Origin: Camelus ferus
Lineage: Eukaryota
Assembly (NCBI RefSeq): GCF_009834535.1
Contig: NC_045697.1
Span: 112,718,001 to 112,782,000, forward strand
Reading direction: 5' to 3'
DNA length: 64,000 nucleotides
The notes beneath the pieces were generated by a model. It was given only the letters and a program-made list of their open reading frames with translations, ran no database searches and had not been told where the DNA came from. A program made the position numbers and the translations under genes. The number at the start of each line of letters is the position of its first letter. Position 1 is the stretch's first letter. Below are positions 12,380 through 23,730 of this stretch, in pieces.

Positions 12380-12580
12380 GACAGAGTAAGGCGTTTAGAA
12401 TTGATTAGATTTGTGTGCAGATGCTGGTTTTGCCATTTACCAACTTCCTCATCCAGGGACCAACTGGTTTCAGACTCTCTGACATTCAGTGTCTTCATCT
12501 GTAACGGGAGGGTAATGATGCTTTTCTTACTGGGTAGCTGTGAGACAGTGAGGTGCACAAAGCAACAGGCAATGCACTCA
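12380..12580 (+). mobile_element. MIR
   Basis: ttcagtgtcttcatctgtaacgggagggtaatgatg matches the MIR core. Confidence 0.65.
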
Positions 12581-12742
12581 GCATCATCATTGTTTTTGGG
12601 GTTTTTTTCCTGACACAACCTTGACATGAGAGCACTTCTGGAGGTCTGGGTTAGTGTGGCTATGTGAAGGAGATTCTTCATCTGTTCTCTTACTTCTCTG
12701 AATTTTGCTGGTCTAAAATTCTATCACTTTTGTAAGTGACAC

Positions 12743-13385
12743 TGTGGCCAGGGATTAGGTTCTTGTCACACTGCAGAAAGAATTCAGAGACAAGACATGG
12801 AGGTTAAGAAAGCAAAGTGAGGATTTATTAAGGGATGGATAGTACACTCTCAAGGGGAGAGCGGGCAGGCTCAGGTGAGCAGCTGCCCTGAGTTTCTTTG
12901 GCAAGTTGGTTATATAGGGTGTAAAAATGAATGGGCAGACTGTTCATTTGGAAGGCAAGGGTTTGGAGTCACATTTCCTTATTTTCATCCCAACTCCACC
13001 TTCTCGAAGGGAGAAGGGATTTTTGTCCTTATTTAGTCTGGATTGGAAGTGTCATGACATCAGTGCATGATGGGGACTTCTAATCTGCAAGACTCATTTG
13101 ATTGTAATGAGGGCATAATGAGCAAAAGGTTACGCACAGACACTGGAGATTCATGCCTTTACCACTTTTCTTTGTGGGCCTCCAGGCCACGTGTCATCCC
13201 GAAATGTGTGATCTCTCATCAGTCTGGAGGTTCCTGCTTTCTTTTTCTGCCCAGGGACCCCTGGTGCTTACATGACGTAGGGTTTCCTGCCATTTGGCCC
13301 ATTCCCCTCCTTTCTGCCCAATTCCTGCCATTTTGCCAGTGTCCCCCTTTCTCTGCTCATATCTAGCTGTCTGCCTGCTCTGACA
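12743..13385 (-). mobile_element. ERV1-type solo LTR
   Basis: TG...CA termini, 643 bp, with tttatt (antisense AATAAA) about 80 bp from the left end. aaagaattcagagacaagac is typical of antisense ERV1 U5. TSD unclear (acac/atat). Confidence 0.8.
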
Positions 13386-14769
13386 ATATGGGTACGGGTG
13401 GCCTAGGACCAAAGAAAATAAAGGGAGACTATTTGTGTTGGTAGCACCATTGATACAACAGCAGATGAAGAAGAGGAGAGGACCAAAGGTAGTTAAGACT
13501 TAGAGTCCACAGTTTCTACACTCAGATCCAGGAATTCAGGGCCCTACAAATCTCCTGATGTTTTATGTAAAATTACATGTGCAGTATAGTTTTCTGGAGG
13601 AAGGAATCATCATAGTCTCAATAACATCTATGACCTCCAGACCTCAAATAACTGGTTTAAAACCTAGTACCTCTTCTTTGTTTGCCTTACCATTCAAATA
13701 ACTGGCAAATTAATAGATGTCATTGGTGCTTTTAATACCTACTCTTGTATTTTCCCAGTTGTGTATGCCTGTTGCAGAAAGGAGAAAGAGTTATAGACCA
13801 GGTGACTTTCAGAATGGAAGTCAGCAAGAAGGAGTGGCCTCCTTTGTGAAAAATAGTCATGTGGTCTGTGCACCGCATGGAGGTTCACGAGAAGGAATGC
13901 AAGCCTTTTGTCTCTATGGTTACATACTCCTTTCGATTCCAAACTTAGAAATCCAACAGCAAATGATATGTATCTAAGAAACTGAACATTGAAGACATGG
14001 CTAAGAAACAAACAAACAAAAAAAAACAGGATAGATGAAAAGTAATTAGGTCTTTGCAGAGCAGAAAAAAAATCATGTAAAGTTGTGCTTTTATTAATTT
14101 TATCTAATGGCATTATCTCAGAAGTCTACTGATTTCCTTGCATGTCTGCTGCCAGTGGCTGAATGAGTGAGAAGATGAGGTTATAGAGGGAAATTTGTTC
14201 TGAAAGGGGCTTCTGTTCTGTGACACCAGAGCCACGGATGATGCTTTCTCAAGATGGGATTGGAATTGGGTAGTTTTTCCAGGACCTTGGCAATAAGTGA
14301 GAGATTTAGACTTTGAAGCCACAATTTTCCACCTTTATAGTCTTTTGTTTCACAAAGGACAGCTTTTCCTTGATTTGTGGAACCAGTCATTTCTCAGTTG
14401 AATTGGGAAAGGAATGTCAAATTTGGGAGAACCTAAAAACTAATTAAGGTAGCCATTTCTCAATCCTGCTAACAAAATTTTCATGATTCATTTATTGCTT
14501 AGCTTCTTTGAACTTTAAAATTTTTGTCCCACAGTATTTTTGATCTGCCTCAGAGTGTTGGTGATCTAATTTGCCACAAATTTATCATCCTGAGTGATTA
14601 AAATTATTTATATTTAATATTATTCCACAAATATTCATTGAATGCTACTATTACCAACCCTGTTGGTCAGGCCTGGTTCTTGACCTCATGGCTAGCTAGA
14701 GAAATAGGCATTAATTAAATAATCAAACCCACACATAAAATGTAAAATACTAGAAAGGAGTGGTAATTG

Positions 14770-15220
14770 AGAAGAATAAAATAATGCCATTTGCAGTAAC
14801 ATGGATGGACCTAGAGATTGTTGTTTTAAGTGAAATAAGTCAGAGAAAAACAAATATTACATGATATCATTGTATTTGGAATCTAAAAAAATGGCACAAG
14901 TGAACTTATTTACAAAACAGAAACAGACTCGTAGACATAGAAGACAAATGTAGGGTTACCAAAGGGGAAAGAGAGCTGAAGGGATAAACTGGGAGTTTGG
15001 GATCAACAGATACACACTACTGTATATAAAATAGATAAACAACAAGGACCTACTATATAGCACAGGGAACTGTATTTATTATCTTGTAATAACCTACAAT
15101 GGAAAAGAACCTGAAAAATAATTGATATATATACATATATATATATAACTGAATCACTTTGCTGTATACTTGAAACTAACACAACATGTAAATCAAGTAT
15201 ACTTCAATTTTGGAAAAAAA
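14770..15220 (+). mobile_element. 5'-truncated L1 3' end
   Basis: aataaaataatgccatttgcagtaacatggatggacctagag ... tgtaaatcaagtatacttcaatt plus an A tail. Confidence 0.92.
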
Positions 15221-16945
15221 GAGGTAAAAGTGCATATAATTAGAAAACAAGACTGTCTTGAAGAAGTAACATGCGTTAAGAGCTGAAGGAGTAAAGTTAG
15301 TTAAACAAGAAGGGAGGGAAGTGTGTTCCCCAGAGTCAGGGACCCGCATGCAAGCACCACTGATAACAGAGACTCGGGGTGCATGTGAAGACCAGCAGGG
15401 CCAGTGAGACTGGAGCAGAAAGAGCTGTCAGGAGTGGTCCACGGGGAAGCTGGAGGTAGGGGCAGGGCCATGCTGGACCCAGCAGGCTGGGTTGATGAGC
15501 TTCCTTTTTATATTAAAAGCAATACAGAATGTTAAGTACGTAGATGCTATGGTTATATTCTGTCTTCATTTTAAGCTTCTCCTGTGGTATAAATAGAATA
15601 AAGTGGGAGAAGAAGAGAAATGGACAGAACGCTTGGGAGATGATTTCAGTAACCCAGGAAAGAGATGATGATAGCATGGACTAGAATTCGTGGGAGGTGC
15701 TATTTAGGGATAGAGAGAAGTGGATGTGAAGGAAATTTGTAAAGTCAGCTCGACAGGATTTGGTGAGGGATTGAATGTGAAATGAAGAGAGATGCAAAAG
15801 CATCTTAGGTTTCCAGCCAGCATAATTTGGTGACTGGTTTACTGTCATTAGCAGTAAAGAACACTGGAACAGATGCAGGTTTGGTAAACGGTTGAGGAAG
15901 GTAGTAAAACTGGCGGTAGGTATTGTGAGTTTGCATATTCAAAGTAGGATGTCAGCTGACTTCGAATCACTTATTTGCAGAGTAAAGACTGGTCTTAGAG
16001 AGATGTATTTGTGTGTCACTGAATCTGTGAGCATGAGTGCCATTCCCAGGGAGAAAGGATAAAAAGAGAAAACTAGGGCCCCAAATAGAGCTGGGAAGTT
16101 CTCATGTTAATGGCCAGGTGGAGAAGGGTGGCCTTTAAAGGAGGCAGAGAAGAGAGCTGGAGAGGTGTAGCAGCCCGGAGGGGGCTGTGACATGGAGGCT
16201 TGTGAAAGGGAGAGCTTCAAAAGGACAACTGGGGTCAGATTATAGATCGCTGCCGAGAAGGCAGATTAGGAAAGTAAAAAGTGTCCACTGCCTCCGAGGA
16301 CGCAAATGCCAGCATTGACCTTACCAAGTGCTGTTTGGCGTAGCCTGGGGAGTAAGTGGGGGTGAGAACACAGAGGCAGCGGATACAGATAACCCTTTGG
16401 GAAACTTGGCTGTGAAGGAGAGAGGGCATTCACTAGGACAACAAGGAGTCAAGCTTCCTTTTTTTTTTTTTTAATTTTCTGTTTAGATACATTTTCTTTT
16501 TTTGGTTGCACAGACTTGTGATGATTCGGAGAGGTAGAAAGTTATCGGAGGTTGAATTGGGACTCAAAACATTTTGAGATGGTTGTGGTGAGTTGGGCAG
16601 GAGGATTTTAGAGCAATAATGAGGCCGACAGGAGGTCTTTCCAGCCGTTTGAGTTTGGTGACTAATCGATGGTGGATTGAATGTGATCTGTTGTGAAACT
16701 CTCAAGCAGCACTCAGCTGCTCGGGGGAAGCCATCGAGAACTCAGATGTGCAGGGGTTTCATTGTGGCTAGTGGTTCTCTCATCCACGTGTGATGAAAAA
16801 ACAAAAATAGAGAGGCTGCGGTACCAGAAAGTGTATTATTAAAATATAAACTACAGATTATCAACTGGATAATGAGAGAAGTAAAGGATGCAAAGAGGAT
16901 AAAGGACTGAGATGTATAAGAGTGGTTTAAAAATGATTGTAGTGG

Positions 16946-17093
16946 TGAGGGTCTGGATGTAGCTCAGGGGTAGAGCACGTGCTTGGCATGCATGAGGTCC
17001 TGGGTTCAATCCTCAGTACCTCCATTAAAACAAACAGACAAACAAACAAACAAAAAACAACACTAAAAGTAAAAAAGAAAGCAAAAAAGTTTT
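16946..17093 (+). mobile_element. tRNA-Ala-derived SINE (Vic-1-like, short form)
   Basis: gatgtagctcaggggtagagcacgtgcttggcatgcatgaggtcctgggttcaatcc plus an (AAAC)n tail. TSD aaatgattgta(g/c)tgg at 16931-16945 and 17094-17108. Confidence 0.92.
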
Positions 17094-17732
17094 AAATGAT
17101 TGTACTGGGTACGGTTGAATCATAAAGGTGGATTTGAAAGTGCGTTCATTAGAGGTGATCGCTAGTCCCAGCTGCAACTCAGGGTGATGGCTGGAGTGCA
17201 AAGTTAGAGGAGAGCACTGGGGACAAGGAGCCCACTGTGATGGTGGATCATTGGGGTGAACCTTGTCATCAGACAGATAACTAGCAGACTCTGGGCCAGG
17301 AAAGAAGACTCTGAGCCTGGTGCCAGAGTCTTCAATGAAAAAGGAAATGTGAGCAGGATGCCTGCAGACCACAACAGCGAGAAGGTGATGAGCGTGATGG
17401 CATGAGCTTCAAAAAGAGAAGCAGCTGTCTGGGAGCTCTAAGCAAGAGGAAGAAGAATGTCAACTTCTCTTCTTGACCGTGAAGTTCATGGGATGGTGAG
17501 AAAGCAGCCAACACTGAAAAACTGGTGTCTTCAGAGGCAAACCAGAATTCAGTTCAGATGTGGAGAGGACATGGGGGACTTTGCAGGTTTTGGAGTGACA
17601 TTTCCAAGGGGGTGATATGGGGGGATTCAGGAGGGATTAAAGGCTGAGTTGGGGACAGTGAAAGCCAGAACAATATGGGAATGAGGTACTTGATTTGAAA
17701 TGTTCCAGTTTTATCAAGAGACATCAGAAAAG

Positions 17733-17861
17733 CAGGGAGAGTATAGCTCAGTGGTAGAGTGCAATGTTTAACATGCACGAGTTCCTGGGTTCAATCCCCA
17801 GTGCCTCCCTTTAAAAATAATAATAAATAAATAAACTGAATTATCCCCTCCCCCCAAAAAA
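17733..17861 (+). mobile_element. tRNA-Ala-derived SINE (Vic-1-like)
   Basis: A-box tagctcagtgg and B-box ggttcaatccc. TSD agacatcag(a/c)aaag at 17719-17732 and 17862-17875. Confidence 0.92.
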
Positions 17862-18650
17862 AGACATCAGCAAAGAATTTCCTAGCCAAAAGTAAAAATT
17901 AATTCACCCTGATTTAAAAATAAATATTACAAACATGCATCCCTTACATCTGCTAGGATTCATGAAACATGGGCAAAAGGATATTGTGCAAAATCTCATA
18001 GGATCAACAAGAGGGAGAATCTTTTATTTATCCCTTAACAAGGAAACAAGTTAAAACATAATAATGAAATGAGTAAGTGAAGCAATCTAGGACAAACTAA
18101 AAGACGTGTGTAATAATTTCATTGTAGGTACCTTCCAAGTGGTTTCAAAAAGTGTATAAATTCTTGACAGAAATGGCGCCCAATCCTGATGGATATGTAA
18201 ACTGTCTTGTTAATTCACCTGAGTATACACTCTACTTGGGTGCCGTCCTGTTGGACTTAGACGTATTCTTGTGTGCAGCAGGCAGGAAACACGGCTTACA
18301 ATTGTATGAAACTGGCTCCTTTTAAAGAGCAAAGAGATCTAGCCATGGGAGCCCACTTTTACACCAGGGAAAGATGATGTGGTTCTGAAACGTGTAAGAC
18401 AGATGAAACAGGAGGGAGCCAGAGCTGAAGGGTTACACAGGGAACAATGGGATACCTGGGGGACACGTGGTTTTCTTGTCATTTTGAGTGAGTTGTAATC
18501 GTTAAAGACATTGGGGACTAGGAGGCATTATCTTTCATCTTATGACTATTTCCAAAGCATTCTACCATCCATAATGCAACTAATGTAAGATTGCTGAGAA
18601 AGTAATGGGGAAAAGCCGAAGCGTGGAAGAGAAGACAGTGAAGAGGTTTG

Positions 18651-18931
18651 GGGGTGGCGGAGGGTAGAGCTCAGTGGTAGAGCACCAGCTTAGCATGCAC
18701 AAGGTCCTGGGTTCAATGCCCAGTGCTTCCCGCCACTTAAAAAAAAAAAAAAAAAAAAAAGACAGAAAGAAAGAAAAGAAAGGGAAAAAAAGAGGATGAC
18801 GGTAAAGTTCAGTGGTAGAGTATATGCTTAGCATGCACAAAGTCGTGGGTTCAATCCACGGTACCTCCATTAAAAATAAATAAATAAATAAGTAAACCTA
18901 ACTACCTACCCCAACAACAAGAAAAAAAAAA
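18651..18931 (+). mobile_element. Head-to-tail pair of tRNA-Ala-derived SINEs
   Basis: Two tRNA-like heads (about 18655-18730 and 18795-18870) joined by an A/GAAA-rich linker. Confidence 0.88.
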
Positions 18932-18959
18932 TTTGAGGAGTCAAGAAGAATTGTCATAG

Positions 18960-19355
18960 TCTGTTTTCACCACTTGGTAGCGATGGGTTTTGACTAGGTT
19001 AGTTAAGTCGTCTGAACTTCAGTTTCCTCATTTGTAAAATGCAGATCGATCGTCACAGCTACTGGGAGCTTGCTGGGCAGATTAAGTGAGGTGATGAGGA
19101 CAGGGTGTGACCAGTGCCTGGGGCACAGGACCCACTCCGGGCTTCTCACGGAGGCCGTGCCAGACCACCGGCTTCAGACCCCAACTCTGCTACTTCCTCG
19201 CTGTGTGATTTGGGGCAAGTCACTTACCCTCAGTGTCCTCATCTGTAAATGGAGACAGTAACACCACTTATCCCAAAGGGCTGTCGTCAGAATTGAATAA
19301 ACCTTTGCTTCTTTGAACACAGCCTGACACATCATTAAGTATCCAATAAATATTT
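18960..19355 (+). mobile_element. Two tandem MIR elements
   Basis: cttcagtttcctcatttgtaaaatg (about 19017) and ctcagtgtcctcatctgtaaatgg (about 19230). Confidence 0.8.
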
Positions 19356-20249
19356 ATTTGTAAAAATATATTATCATTAATTATAGAATCGTATTAACTA
19401 ATAAGAAATGATTATTAATAGTATCATTAAGGACATCCAGTCAAAAAGGGGGAAATGTCTGAAGATAAAGAGTTTTCATTGAAGCACAAGATTTTTTTTT
19501 TTTAATCACACTAAAATGTATTTTCATTCATCTGACATGGCCGGTATGCTTTTTTGAAGATCAGTGTAATTCACGGCAATTATCTGCTGACAAGTGCGGA
19601 GAGCTGTCTCAGACGTGATCTCCTGCTTATTGATCAGCCTTGGGTTTTATTCCCTTTTCTCAGCCGGTTTCCAGCGCCTTCGCAGCAGTTTACGTGTAAT
19701 TACACACATCTGGTCCCACTGACATCCCCTTCGTTTTACTGCATTACTGCTGGAGCTCTCGACATTCTTTGTAGAAGCACCATTTTATTGTTCATTTAGG
19801 AGAAATGAGGCAACTCCGAAAGCAGTGTGGTTGCTGTGAAATAAGTAATTTCTGGCAACCCCTAGAGATGCCGTTTACTCCTTTGGTAAATACGTACTTG
19901 TGCATTTCCCTGGAACGTATTACCTGGAGATTGTATTTACTTTTTTCCAGCCATAGAAAGGGAAAGTGAAAGGAGTTAAGAGGACTGAAGAAAGATGTTT
20001 GCTATTTTAATCTTCTTTTGGTTGGCTCATTTCCCCACATTTCTGCATTCATTGTTAAGAGCTAGTACTTTTCTGGAAGGTCTCTTTATGTGATGTTCCC
20101 GTATTGTACACAGCCTGCATAGATCAGGCATTAAAATTGTGAAGATTCTTAGAAGACTGTGATAGCCGTAAATCTTTTGGCATCTTTGGAGAAAAGTCTT
20201 ACTGTGCAGAGTAATAAAAGCACAGAAAGGTAGACGGTGGCGCACCGCA

Positions 20250-20420
20250 AAGAAAGTGGGTCTTGAGTCTGGTGTTGGGTCTTCATCGGACGGCCATGGG
20301 GTCATCGTGGAGGTATTTCATGTCCCTGAGCCTCTGTACAGTGGGACTAATAGTACTGATCAAGGTGTGCTGTGACGATTTCATGCAATCATGCGAATAA
20401 TGCAGCCAGTACCAGGCATT
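20250..20420 (+). mobile_element. MIR
   Basis: tccctgagcctctgtacagtgggactaatagtac ... aatcatgcgaataatgcagccagtaccaggca resembles a decayed MIR. Confidence 0.55.
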
Positions 20421-21932
20421 CCCCGTAATCGATGTCCTGTTCAATTTCTTCCTTTCTTTATCAAGAAGAAAATATAGCACAGTTTTCTAGATCTGTCACA
20501 AAGGAAGTTTCCTTCAAAACTGCAGTGTGGTTACTCTGGTATTAAAGGAATAAAAACTCAGACCATTTTATGGATACATATGTACCTTGCCACTAGGATA
20601 TTTGGGAGTTCTAAAACTCTTTGCTTAAATGGAAAACTTGTGAGGACATGTTACGGTAAGAATAAAATAATTCAAGCTTTTTCTTTTTCTTGTTTAAAAT
20701 GTGTTCATGTGAGATTTAAGGTAGAATGCCAACTTGAACATTATAATAATGTTACCCTTACTACTCTGTGTTCTGGACAAACAAGCCAAACATAACAAGA
20801 AAATTCTTTGGTCGTGAGTATATTGGTTAACGACTGTGACCTGCTCATTCTGTCTTAACTTTTCAGAAATGATGCTGACCATTTTATAGCACAACTACAC
20901 GTAATTTCAAACCCAGCAGAAAAGAATCATCAAATTTTCAAACTTATACAAATGCATTCTTTATAATAAATAATGAAATTCTAAACAAAAAGATACTGAC
21001 GTTTTGTGATACTATCAAATTTTAAAATTATTTTAACTTGTTTATATAAGTCCAGCATCTCACAATCCTGTAGTGTTTGTTGGTAGTTTTTGCATGTATT
21101 TGCAAAATACATGATTTGCCTAAAGTCACGTGACAAATAAGCTTTTAAACCAGAAATAATACATTTTCTGACTTTCAGTCCATCTCAATTTCCATTATAC
21201 GGTACTGCAAAGTTCCCCCCCAAAAAAGTAACGTGGTTATGGTAAACAATTTTCTAGTCATGTTAAAATGCTTTTTTAGATGTATTACTTATTGGCTTCT
21301 AGAATGTGTGATATTTGCAATTAATCTAGTCATTTTATAGGTTTATTTTAGAATGAAACTGCATAATAAAGTAATCAGAGTCTTGTATATAACAAAATTA
21401 AATGAGTGAAAGTAATTTATATGTTAAAATACGAGCAGATACAATTTCAGTTTTTGTTCCTTAATCTCTTTATAAAGCTTAGTTGACTACAGAAGCTTTG
21501 TGGAAGTCATATCTACATAATATTCTAGTACAGTGTTCTGGTTGGGTTAACAGTAATGCATCTGTGCGTTGTCCTTAAGAAGTCTGTGAGTGGGATAGTC
21601 TCATGAATAATAATGCTTATTTAGAGATGATCAGCCATGATGATAAAGGACTTTAGCAGAATTGAAGCAAGATACCAACTAACATGCAAAACACCTGAGC
21701 TAGGAGTCCATGTTTTCGTGTCAGACATACATGGTTTGAATCGCAGCTCCTTCACCGACGACTGCTATAATGGGAGCTGTGAGGGTTGCTTAACCACTCT
21801 GGTCCTTGGATGCCTCTTCTCTAAATTCCACTAAAAGTGATGCAGTAGCAAGCACTTGGGCTAGAAGTCAGCCTGACAGTGATTAAGACCCAAATCTATC
21901 AATGACCAGTCCGATAACTTCCAGCATGTGAT

Positions 21933-22227
21933 GAGTCCACATTCCCAAATCCACAGAGCTCTGAAATCCCAATGGTTTTTTATAGCTCTGATTACAACAC
22001 CACCCCTCCTGAGCTGACATGAGCTATTTATAATCTTTATTTACCTCATTTAGTGGGAAGAGTCTACGTTTTCTGGTCTCACCCTGTATTCTATTGTGAT
22101 GTTATACAGTCCATGGTTCATGTACCATGTGACCTTCTCAAAACAATCATAAATAATAAAAATTCTGAATTTCAAAGCTCAGTTCAGAAAGGTTTTAATC
22201 AGACACCGTGGACCTATGTCCAACATC
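21933..22227. mobile_element. TcMar-Tigger MITE (MER46C-like) inserted in a MIR
   Basis: Termini gtccac.../...gtggacct and internal cagagctctgaaa. MIR halves flank it (21850-21930 and 22230-22345). Confidence 0.55.
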
Positions 22228-23422
22228 TTGAAGCCCCAGCTTCCTCGTCTGTGATGAGGGTGCCAACCACAGCTGAGTCACTAAGCCATTGTGGCGATTA
22301 CATGGCCGGTGCCACGGGAGCACAGTGCGTGGTCGGTTGTTAAGTGCTGAATCAGTAAGAATCATGGGCATCACATTAGAACTCTCCCAAGGCCTCAGAT
22401 TGTCAGGTCCTTTGTAATACGTTTTCTAGGTTTGGCCTTCATCTGTAATTGAATCTGTTTTCTCCTCCCATCAAGTCTTGCAACCAAGGCATCAGAAATT
22501 TGATTCTGCTCTTTACCCACTCCCTCTCCATTTTGATTTTCTGAAGCGTGAAAATATTTAGGAACTTTTTTTTTTTTTTTTTTGACAATTTGGGACTCTC
22601 CAAAATAGCCTGTTTAGTGGATTGAAAATCTTAAATCTTGGGCCTGTCTGATGCAGATATAATATAATTTGGCAAATAAGCACAATTTGAAAATGAGACC
22701 AAGCACATTCTGAGAGTTTGAAAAAGTCAAGAAAGGATCAGCTCCAGATTTGACTGGATGAAAAACCCTGGAGAAGAAAAACAGGCAGAATGACAGGTCT
22801 TCAATAAAATGGCCCTTGAGTGCAAGGAAACTTCTTTGAGCTCACCTAGATGTAACCGAAAAAGCACAAAAACAGCGATACTTCGTACCCTTCCTTCCAC
22901 TCCCTGTCATTGACAGTGGTGCCTGAGTCACTGTTGCTTAAAGACTTACTCAAGCAAATTCTGTGGTTTTGTGGGTGTTTTTAGGAAGGGGAGTGGAGGA
23001 AGATAGCTTCAAAGTGGCTTCTTAACCATGGGTGAAAGTTGTAATTGTCAATAGGTCATATTTATATCCTATTTAAATCATGGTAAGTGTTCAAGACATT
23101 TCTTTAAAAAAAATTCTAAATTTCAGATTTATGAAAACAGTAAAACAATCAAAATCTGCTTAGTCATTTTTTGTTTTAAATTCAGAAAGTCCTTTGGTCT
23201 GTGAATGAATTATTTTTTAAGAATGAGAACTTCAAATTTTTAATTTTAATCTAGAAAAAAACATTCATACCATCATAGAAATTACTGTCGTTTGAATACC
23301 GTGCTGAAGCATTTCAGAGACCACCTGGACACGGGAAACCTGGGAAAGTGTGGGTCACGGAGGCAGGAGTGAATTTCCCCACTGACTTCATGCTCGGGCC
23401 CCAGGGAAGCAGTAGAACCTGA

Positions 23423-23730
23423 TTTTTTTTTCAAGATGTATTGAGATATAATTGGTATACAAAAAACAGCCCATGGTTTTAATATATATAATTTGGTGAG
23501 TTTGGACATGTGTACACACTTGTGTTATCCTTACCATGATCAAGGCAATAAACGTATTCATTACCTGTAGAAGTTTCCATGTTCCTCTGGGTGGTTTTTT
23601 TTTTTTTAATGCTCAGAACACTTAATGTGAGATCTATCCTTTTAACCCATTTTTAAGCTCATTGTTAACTATAAGCATTAGGTTTGCTAGCAGGTCTCTG
23701 GCACTTACTCAACTGGTATAACTTTTTACC
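23423..23730 (-). mobile_element. Old L1 (L1MA/MB-type) 3' end
   Basis: Poly-T, tattgagatataattggtatac, acacttaatgtgagatctatcc, gcaggtctct. Confidence 0.8.

Larger units (their letters stand above)
14625..17650 (-). mobile_element. Long decayed L2, interrupted by an L1 and a SINE
   Basis: Starts ccacaaatattcattgaatgctacta (antisense L2 tail). Purine-rich body with caggaaagagatgatgatagcatggactag and gacaggatttggtgagggattgaatgtg. Right boundary uncertain. Confidence 0.7.

Noticed and set aside
16950..17025. tRNA-Ala genes (here and at the other SINE heads)
   Set aside because: A-rich tails, TSDs and stem-disrupting substitutions mark them as SINE copies, not functional tRNAs.
18172..18185. 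tggcgcccaa as a retroviral tRNA-Lys primer-binding site or YY1 site
   Set aside because: No adjacent LTR or internal ERV sequence; the match is too short.
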